Shown here: in pieces, positions 57,343 to 63,313 of the stretch
How positions within the stretch are numbered: position 1 is the first letter of the stretch
Layout: each line of letters begins with the position of its first letter
From: an uncultured Gammaproteobacteria bacterium
GTDB taxonomy: Bacteria > Patescibacteriota > Patescibacteriia > Magasanikbacterales > GWA2-37-8
Reading direction: 5' to 3'
Length of the DNA: 63,313 nucleotides
Assembly: GCA_964536615.1 (NCBI GenBank)
Contig: CAZHYG010000005.1
Coordinates: 1 to 63,313 of the forward strand
Program-made: the position numbers and the translations under genes
Notes under the pieces: generated by a model
Told to the model about the DNA's origin: nothing
Seen by the model: the letters and a program-made list of their open reading frames with translations, nothing else
Databases searched by the model: none

Positions 57343-58487
57343 TAGATGGTTTGCAATAATTTTTTTATTTTTTCCGTAACTTCGATTTCAACCTCTTTAA
57401 TGGATTTGCCGGATATAGAAAATGATGCGGATCGTTTGCTGCCCTCGGGTTTTAATCCTTGAAGCAGTTCTTTTGCGTCGTGCTGCTTGTCTGTGCAAAG
57501 TAATCCGTGCACCGCATGTTCTCCTTTTGTATCTTCGTGCAGTAAAAGCACAATACGCGCTTCAGGAGAGTTATGCATCAGCTCATCTGTAAGATCTTTT
57601 AATTCATCTTCGCTGGCGCCGGCTCTGGCAAAATCTTCTCTGGTAATAGTAGTCCATACAAAACCGGTTTTAGGATCGTTTTCCATGTGGGTAAGTGCAA
57701 TACCCCAAATGCGCATAGATGAGATGCTTTTTGTTCTGTATAAATTTTTGACAATTTTTTCTCTGTCTGCCCCCAAATTCATAAGGGTGCTGGCGGTGTT
57801 GAGTGTATCCGGACTTACATTGGCAGTTTTAAAACTTTGAGTTTGGCTAATCATGCCGGTAAGCAGATAGTTGGCCATTTCTGCGTCAATTTCTTGCGGA
57901 TAAAGACGCGATAAAGTTTTAAAAACAATCTCGGAAATTGATGTAGCGCTTAATTGTACAACATTGATCTGCCCGAAATGTTCATTGCCTGGGTTGTGGT
58001 CAAAATTTACCAGAGGAACTTTGTAAAACAAATCGGTGTTGTGCAAGAAAATATTTCCTAATGATTCCAAATCCTGAGCGTTAATTGCAATAATCAAATC
58101 ATATTTTAAACCAGAGTGCGCCGTGCGCAATTCATTTTTGGTGATGATGCCTTGTTTGGGAGTGATGTAAATGGAAAGCCAATTATCTTTAATGTCGTAG
58201 CTCAGGCTATCTACTTTTACATTACTCACATCAACTTTGAGAATAAATTTTTGCACGTTTGATATAATGGGTTGAATTTCTTCCAGGCCTTTTAAAAAAC
58301 GAAGCGGTTTTGGAATAGAAAAATTTTCCGCAATAATATCGGCCTGTTTATGATGCCTTTCCAGGATTTTTTTCCAAGCCATGGCAGCGCAAATTGCATC
58401 TGTGTTATGGTTGGCATTTGTAACAAGTAATATATGCTGGCTGGATTCAATTATGTGTCGGAGTTGTTCCGTTTCGTTAAGCGACAT
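57342..58487 (-). CDS. DHH/DHHA1-family phosphoesterase-like protein (NrnA-like) with substituted catalytic motifs
   Basis: 381 aa with NrnA-like length and layout. However, motif I reads NANHNTDA, the DHH motif reads FDHNPGN, and no GGGH motif is visible in the DHHA1 part. Confidence 0.75.
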   Translation of the reverse strand: MSLNETEQLRHIIESSQHILLVTNANHNTDAICAAMAWKKILERHHKQADIIAENFSIPKPLRFLKGLEEIQPIISNVQKFILKVDVSNVKVDSLSYDIKDNWLSIYITPKQGIITKNELRTAHSGLKYDLIIAINAQDLESLGNIFLHNTDLFYKVPLVNFDHNPGNEHFGQINVVQLSATSISEIVFKTLSRLYPQEIDAEMANYLLTGMISQTQSFKTANVSPDTLNTASTLMNLGADREKIVKNLYRTKSISSMRIWGIALTHMENDPKTGFVWTTITREDFARAGASEDELKDLTDELMHNSPEARIVLLLHEDTKGEHAVHGLLCTDKQHDAKELLQGLKPEGSKRSASFSISGKSIKEVEIEVTEKIKKLLQTI

Positions 58488-58531
58488 ACCCTAGTAAGTT
58501 TTTTAGCTCGTGTTTATTAAAATAACACGCT

Positions 58532-58560
58532 ATTCTAGCAGAGATATAGGCTCTTGTCAA
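58532..58560 (-). promoter_or_regulatory. consensus promoter TTGACA-17-TAGAAT for the DHH gene
   Basis: Read on the minus strand: TTGACA agagcctatatctctgc TAGAAT. Confidence 0.55.
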
Positions 58561-58585
58561 ATATGCAGCCCCAGTCGGTTTTAGC

Positions 58586-58619
58586 GCAAAAAACACACCT
58601 TTTTTCGGTGTGTTTTTTT
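58586..58619. terminator. bidirectional terminator
   Basis: AAAAAACACACC-TTTTTTC-GGTGTGTTTTTT. Confidence 0.65.
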
Positions 58620-58705
58620 ATGTATTTTCTGACCGCTCGCGTTGTGTATGCGCAATATTTTGTGTATACAAAGCGAAAAACGAGCGGTCGGTCAAGGGGG
58701 TGGCG

Positions 58706-58912
58706 TCATCGGCGTGTGGGCCGGTGCGAGCGTGCCCCGCTGCAGATTGGCGCAGCCGCGTTGATTGGCAGCTGAAGCGCCGGCAGAATCCGGTCTTCGT
58801 TCCGGAAGTTCAGTTGGTAGGCGTTTTTTGGCCCTGGTAGCCAGAGCACGGCAATGGCCGCTATAGTAGCGGACACAATGAGCGCAAGCGCCCACTGCAA
58901 TGGCGTTTTCAT
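58706..58912 (-). CDS. GC-rich small membrane-anchored protein (68 aa)
   Basis: The SD AAGGAG lies 8 nt upstream of the ATG. It has an N-terminal TM (LQWALALIVSATIAAIAVLWL), a GC-rich composition and an ATTGACAAAA -35 context upstream. No homology recognised. Confidence 0.5.
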   Translation of the reverse strand: MKTPLQWALALIVSATIAAIAVLWLPGPKNAYQLNFRNEDRILPALQLPINAAAPICSGARSHRPTRR

Positions 58913-59020
58913 GGCAGTTGCTCCTTCTCGGGTTGATATGGTACTGGTACCATGCCTCGGATAGTTTTGTCAATGGGGTTTGGTTTGATTTTTTTATTTA
59001 ACTTTAGTACAATAAGAGCC

Positions 59021-62000
59021 ATGAAAAAAGAACTTGCCAAGGCATACGAACCTTCAATTTACGAAGATGCCATATACAAAAAATGGGAAGAGTCAGGGTT
59101 GTTTAACCCTGATATTTGCGTAGCACAACATATTGCCGAACCGGAGGCGCCATATTTTTCTGTGGTACTTCCTCCGCCAAATGTAACAGGCACATTGCAT
59201 ATGGGTCATGCGGTTATGCTTGCTGTACAAGATGCCATGGTGCGGTATCATCGCATGAAAGGCGAGCGTACATTATGGGTGCCTGGTACCGATCATGCCG
59301 CCATTGCTACGCAAGCAAAAGTTGAAAAATTAGTCATGGAAAAAGAAAAAAAGACTAAATATGATTTAGGACGATCTGAATTTTTAAAGCGGGTAGAACA
59401 GTTTGCGCAAGAAAGCCACGACACTATTGTTAATCAGGCGCGAAAAATGGGCGCATCGCTTGATTGGAGCCGTGAAGCATATACATTAGACGAGCAGCGC
59501 AATTTAGCTGTACGCACCGTGTTTAAAAAAATGTATGATGACGGCCTTATCTATCGCGGCTATCGCGTAATCAACTGGTCTGTACAAGGCCAGTCTACTA
59601 TCAGCGATGATGAAATTGTGCATGTTGAACGCCCGGCCAAGTTATATTATTTTAAATATTCCAAAGATTTTCCAATTACCATTGCCACCACCAGGCCCGA
59701 AACAAAATTAGGCGATACGGCTGTGGCGGTTAATCCAAATGACGAGCGGTATAAAAAATATATCGGACAAGAATTTACGGTTGATGTCGGCGCTCTTGAA
59801 CCTCTTAAAATAAAAATTATCGGCGAAGATACGGTCGATCCTGCTTTTGGTACAGGCGCGCTCGGCGTTACTCCCGCTCATAGTGCCGCAGACTTTGAGA
59901 TGTATCAAAAACAAAAAGCGGCCGGAAACGAGATTGGCTTTATTCAGGTAATTGGCGAAGATGGAAGGATGACCGCATCTGCAGGCAAACAATACGCTGG
60001 TCTCTCGGCTTTGGAAGCAAGGAAAAAATTTGTGGCATTTTTGGTAGATAATAACTTGTTGGAAAAAGAAGAAGATATTGTTCAAAATGTTGGTACATCC
60101 GACAGGTTTGGCGATGTGGTGGAGCCGTTGCCAAAAACACAGTGGTTTATTGATGTAAACAAGCCGGTTGCAGCTCGCGGCGGCAAAACTCTTAAAGAGT
60201 TAATGCAAGAAGCGGTGCAAAGCAAACAAATTGCAATCGTGCCGGATCGTTTTGAAAAAACATATTTCCACTGGATAGATAATTTGCGCGACTGGTGTAT
60301 TAGTCGTCAGATTTGGTTTGGACACCAGATACCTGTGTGGTACAAAGATGAGAAAATATATTGCGGTGTGCAAGCGCCTGCAGGCGACGGTTGGGTGCAA
60401 GATCCAGACACGCTAGACACATGGTTTTCTTCGGGTTTATGGACATTTTCTACATTAGGATGGCCGCTTACTACAGTTGGTTTTGTGCGTCATGGTGAAG
60501 CAGAAAATAATGTGTCTTTAACTGTAAGCAACGACGTAGATAAATATCCTCTTACTGAAAAAGGCAGAAAGCAGATTGCTGATTTAGCAAAAGAGTTGCG
60601 CGGCCAAGGATATGAACGCATTATCGCGTCGCCAATTTTGCGTACCAAACAAACCGCAGAAATTTTATCAGATGCATTGGGTCTTCCGCTAGAATTTGAT
60701 GATCGTATTAAAGAAGTTGGATTTGGAGAATATAATCATCATGCAGAAATTGAAATAGAAGAACAGCGAGCTCGCAATGGCTGGATGGTTAAGACTCCGT
60801 TTAATATGGAATCATATGCATCGTTGCGTCAGCGTACGCATGCGTGTATGGCCGATGTAACGGCACGCTATGCGGGCCAAAAAATACTTATGGTTTCTCA
60901 CGGTGATACGCTGGCGGTGTTAAAACAGTTTGGCACCGATGTCTATACCAACGAGTTGGGTGTGTTGCAAAAACGCGGCACCTGCGACATGCGGCAGTTT
61001 GATACCAGCGGACGGCAGGCAAGTGATTTGGCAGCGTTTCATCCAACATCGGTTATGGAAACCGGCTATGATATTTTGTTTTTCTGGGTAGCGCGCATGA
61101 TACTTATGACCACCTATACGCTGGGAGAGGTTCCATTTAAGACAGTGTATTTGCATGGCTTGGTGCGCGATGAACAGGGAAGAAAAATGAGCAAATCATT
61201 GGGTAATATTATTGATCCGCTAGACATGATTGCAAAATATGGCACTGACGCTACCAGATTGTCGCTGCTTTTAGGCAATACGCCAGGCAATGATATGAAA
61301 TTATCCGAAGAAAAAATTGCCGGCTTTAGAAATTTTACCAATAAATTGTGGAACATTTCTCGGTTTATGCTGCTTAATATTGAAGAGCCGAACATGAATG
61401 TTCAAGAGCCAAAAGCAAAAACGTTGGCAGACACATGGATATTGGAAAAATTACAATCTATTGTTGTTAAAACTTCCGAGCATATTGAAAAGTTTAATTT
61501 TTCTATGGCTGGCGAAGAGTTACGCGATTTTACTTGGGGAGATCTGGCGGACTGGTATTTGGAAATTGCCAAAGTAGAGGGGGGTAAATCAGAGATTTTA
61601 AATTATATTTTAAATACAATATTAAAACTCTGGCATCCATACATGCCGTTTGTAACCGAAACTATTTGGCAGGAAGTGTATGGGCACGAGCGCATGATGA
61701 TGGTAGAGAAGTGGCCAATTGCAGTGACGCATAAAAAAACTGAAGGCGATGATTTTGAGTTGATACGTTCAATTATTACCGGCATACGTTCTTTGCGCGC
61801 GGAAAATAAGATAGAGCCAGCCAAAAAAATTGGCGCGCGTTTAAATATTGGAGATAGAAAAAAATTAATACAAAAAAATGAAGAGGCTATAAAGGCCCTG
61901 GCTCGGTTGGAAAAATTAGAGTTTGCAGATTCGGGAGCCGAGATCGCTTTGGATTTGGCCGGAGCAGTAGATGTGGAAAAAGAAAAACCAAGGCTGGAAA

Positions 62001-62170
62001 AAGAAATAGCCGAACTTGTCAAATATATTTCTGGATTAGAAAATAAATTGTCTAATCAAGAATTTGTAAATAATGCGCCAAAGCCGGTGGTAGAAAAAGA
62101 ACAGGCCAAGTTAAGTGAAGCAAAAATAAAAGTAGAAAAATTACAACAGCAACTTGAGAATTTAAAATAA
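59021..62170 (+). CDS. valS: valyl-tRNA synthetase carrying an internal histidine-phosphatase domain
   Basis: The start was moved to MKKELAKAYEP at 59021. It has HIGH (LHMGHA), the CP1 editing domain (TTRPETKLGDTAV), KMSKS and a C-terminal coiled coil. A foreign domain of about 188 codons lies at 60467-61030. Confidence 0.95.
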   Translation: MKKELAKAYEPSIYEDAIYKKWEESGLFNPDICVAQHIAEPEAPYFSVVLPPPNVTGTLHMGHAVMLAVQDAMVRYHRMKGERTLWVPGTDHAAIATQAKVEKLVMEKEKKTKYDLGRSEFLKRVEQFAQESHDTIVNQARKMGASLDWSREAYTLDEQRNLAVRTVFKKMYDDGLIYRGYRVINWSVQGQSTISDDEIVHVERPAKLYYFKYSKDFPITIATTRPETKLGDTAVAVNPNDERYKKYIGQEFTVDVGALEPLKIKIIGEDTVDPAFGTGALGVTPAHSAADFEMYQKQKAAGNEIGFIQVIGEDGRMTASAGKQYAGLSALEARKKFVAFLVDNNLLEKEEDIVQNVGTSDRFGDVVEPLPKTQWFIDVNKPVAARGGKTLKELMQEAVQSKQIAIVPDRFEKTYFHWIDNLRDWCISRQIWFGHQIPVWYKDEKIYCGVQAPAGDGWVQDPDTLDTWFSSGLWTFSTLGWPLTTVGFVRHGEAENNVSLTVSNDVDKYPLTEKGRKQIADLAKELRGQGYERIIASPILRTKQTAEILSDALGLPLEFDDRIKEVGFGEYNHHAEIEIEEQRARNGWMVKTPFNMESYASLRQRTHACMADVTARYAGQKILMVSHGDTLAVLKQFGTDVYTNELGVLQKRGTCDMRQFDTSGRQASDLAAFHPTSVMETGYDILFFWVARMILMTTYTLGEVPFKTVYLHGLVRDEQGRKMSKSLGNIIDPLDMIAKYGTDATRLSLLLGNTPGNDMKLSEEKIAGFRNFTNKLWNISRFMLLNIEEPNMNVQEPKAKTLADTWILEKLQSIVVKTSEHIEKFNFSMAGEELRDFTWGDLADWYLEIAKVEGGKSEILNYILNTILKLWHPYMPFVTETIWQEVYGHERMMMVEKWPIAVTHKKTEGDDFELIRSIITGIRSLRAENKIEPAKKIGARLNIGDRKKLIQKNEEAIKALARLEKLEFADSGAEIALDLAGAVDVEKEKPRLEKEIAELVKYISGLENKLSNQEFVNNAPKPVVEKEQAKLSEAKIKVEKLQQQLENLK

Positions 62171-62174
62171 TTAT

Positions 62175-63313
62175 ATGCCAGTTAATACCGATTCACAAAA
62201 AATAAAAGAACTCCTGGAGAGAGGTGTAGAAAACATTTACCCTAAAAAGGAATTTTTGGAGGCACAGCTTAAGTCTGGCAAACAGCTGACGCTTTATACT
62301 GGCTATGATCCAACTGCGCCAACTTTGCATATTGGCCATGGCATTACTATGCTTAAACTTCGCCAATTTCAGGATCTGGGGCATAAAATTATTATGCTTA
62401 TTGGTGATTTTACGGGCATGATTGGCGATCCGACAGATAAAACTTCTGCTAGACAAAAATTGACTCGCAAACAAGTGCTGGAAAATTGCAAAAATTATAA
62501 AAAACAGGCTGCGGCAGTGTTGAATTTTTCTGGCAAAAATCCGGTGCAGGTAAAATTTAATAGCAAATGGCTGGCTAAAATGAGTTTTGCCGATGTAGTA
62601 GAGCTGTCCTCGCATTTTACCGTTCAACGAATGATGGAGCGAGATATGTTTGAAAATCGCATGAAAGAAGAAAAGCCAATTTATCTCCACGAATTTTTGT
62701 ATCCTTTAATGCAAGGTTATGATAGTGTGGCTATGGATGTGGATGGTGAAATTGGCGGTAATGATCAGACCTTCAACATGCTGGCTGGTCGAACCTTGAT
62801 GAAAGATTTAAAAAATAAAGAAAAATTTGTTTTAACAACCAAATTGTTAGTTGATTCTTCCGGTAAAAAAATGGGTAAAACCGAAGGTAACATGGTGGCG
62901 TTTGCTGACAAGCCCGAAGATATGTTCGGTAAAGTAATGAGCTGGACCGATGGCATGATAGCAAACGGATTTGAGTTGTGTACCACTTTGCCGATGGCTG
63001 AAATTCAAAAATTACAAACCGAAACTGCCAATCCGCGCGACCTTAAAATGCGTTTGGCGTACGAAGTGGTAAAAACATTTTTGGGAGAAAAGTATGCAAA
63101 AATCGCCTCCGATCATTTTAGTAAAGTTTTCCAAGAAAAAGCTAAGCCGCAGGATATTCCAGAACTCAAACCGAGCGCGTTAGATATTATTACAGTCTTG
63201 GTTGAATCTAATATTTGTAAAAGCAAATCCGAAGCGCGGCAAGTAGTGGGGCAGGGCGGGGTAAAAATAAATGATGAAAAAGTAACGGCAATTGATGCGC
63301 AAGTAAAACCGGG
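62175..63313 (+). CDS. tyrS: tyrosyl-tRNA synthetase (3' end beyond window)
   Basis: It is absent from the ORF track because it is open at the right edge; I translated it by hand. It reads MPVNTDSQKIKELLERG...YTGYDPTAPTLHIGHG...KMGKT..., with the start of a C-terminal S4 domain (SKSEARQVVGQGGVKIN). Confidence 0.9.
   Translation, partial: MPVNTDSQKIKELLERGVENIYPKKEFLEAQLKSGKQLTLYTGYDPTAPTLHIGHGITMLKLRQFQDLGHKIIMLIGDFTGMIGDPTDKTSARQKLTRKQVLENCKNYKKQAAAVLNFSGKNPVQVKFNSKWLAKMSFADVVELSSHFTVQRMMERDMFENRMKEEKPIYLHEFLYPLMQGYDSVAMDVDGEIGGNDQTFNMLAGRTLMKDLKNKEKFVLTTKLLVDSSGKKMGKTEGNMVAFADKPEDMFGKVMSWTDGMIANGFELCTTLPMAEIQKLQTETANPRDLKMRLAYEVVKTFLGEKYAKIASDHFSKVFQEKAKPQDIPELKPSALDIITVLVESNICKSKSEARQVVGQGGVKINDEKVTAIDAQVKP

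Noticed and set aside
60467-61030. Intein or mobile-element insertion in valS
   Set aside because: No Cys, Ser or Thr lies at the N-junction. There is no His-Asn plus nucleophile at the C-junction and there are no homing-endonuclease motifs. The insert instead carries the RHG and SHG histidine-phosphatase motifs.
62193-62690. 165-aa minus-strand ORF
   Set aside because: It is antisense to tyrS. The tyrS gene is missing from the ORF track only because it is open at the window edge.
1-63313. Alternative genetic code (UGA recoding, as in some CPR lineages), prophage, transposon or integron content
   Set aside because: TGA terminates well-supported genes, for example eno at 52451-52453. Conserved proteins show no in-frame TGA. 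I saw no integrase, transposase, capsid or terminase-like ORFs and no attC-like arrays.

Overview
This is a dense, AT-rich bacterial chromosome segment, roughly 40% GC by eye. It uses the standard genetic code: TGA, TAA and TAG all close well-supported genes. I support about 60 CDS, 2 tRNAs and an RNase P RNA. I see no CRISPR array, transposase, integrase or phage genes.

Gene content:
- A surface-polysaccharide cluster: a DUF4012 protein, three GT4 glycosyltransferases and a priming sugar transferase.
- Translation, replication and repair genes: rplS, rplK, rpmE, rpsB, bL25, tsf, prfA, prmC, nusG, secE, secG, gyrB, uvrA, rnj, aspS, valS, tyrS, queA, a pseudouridine synthase and an RlmI-like methyltransferase.
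- Cell-envelope genes: rodA/ftsW, mltG, a PBP5-like carboxypeptidase and a PAP2 phosphatase.
- Lower glycolysis: gap, pgk, eno and two tandem gpmI copies.

Several traits fit a reduced Patescibacteria/CPR-like genome. These are the DUF4012-glycosyltransferase cluster, the TrbC/VirB2-pilin-like membrane protein, the giant FN3/Ig surface protein, a truncated AspRS and charged tails on housekeeping proteins. The lineage call is inference only.

Most unusual observations:
1. A complete histidine-phosphatase (PGM-like) domain is inserted in-frame inside valyl-tRNA synthetase.
2. Three short GC-rich islands (about 29.13-30.07 kb, 55.7-57.3 kb and 58.68-58.95 kb) sit in intergenic gaps of this AT-rich genome. 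Each is driven by host-type promoters (TTGACA / TGnTAnnnT) and closed by GC-rich hairpin terminators. They carry orphan genes or small ORFs, or possibly structured RNAs, of unknown function.
3. A tRNA-Ile with a UAU anticodon.
4. A bacterial-type AspRS lacking the GAD insertion domain.
5. Tandem diverged iPGM paralogs.
6. A CCHC zinc knuckle on the DUF4012 protein.

All coordinates of RNAs, promoters and hairpins were derived by hand and may be off by a few nt. All family assignments rest on motifs I recognise, not on searches.
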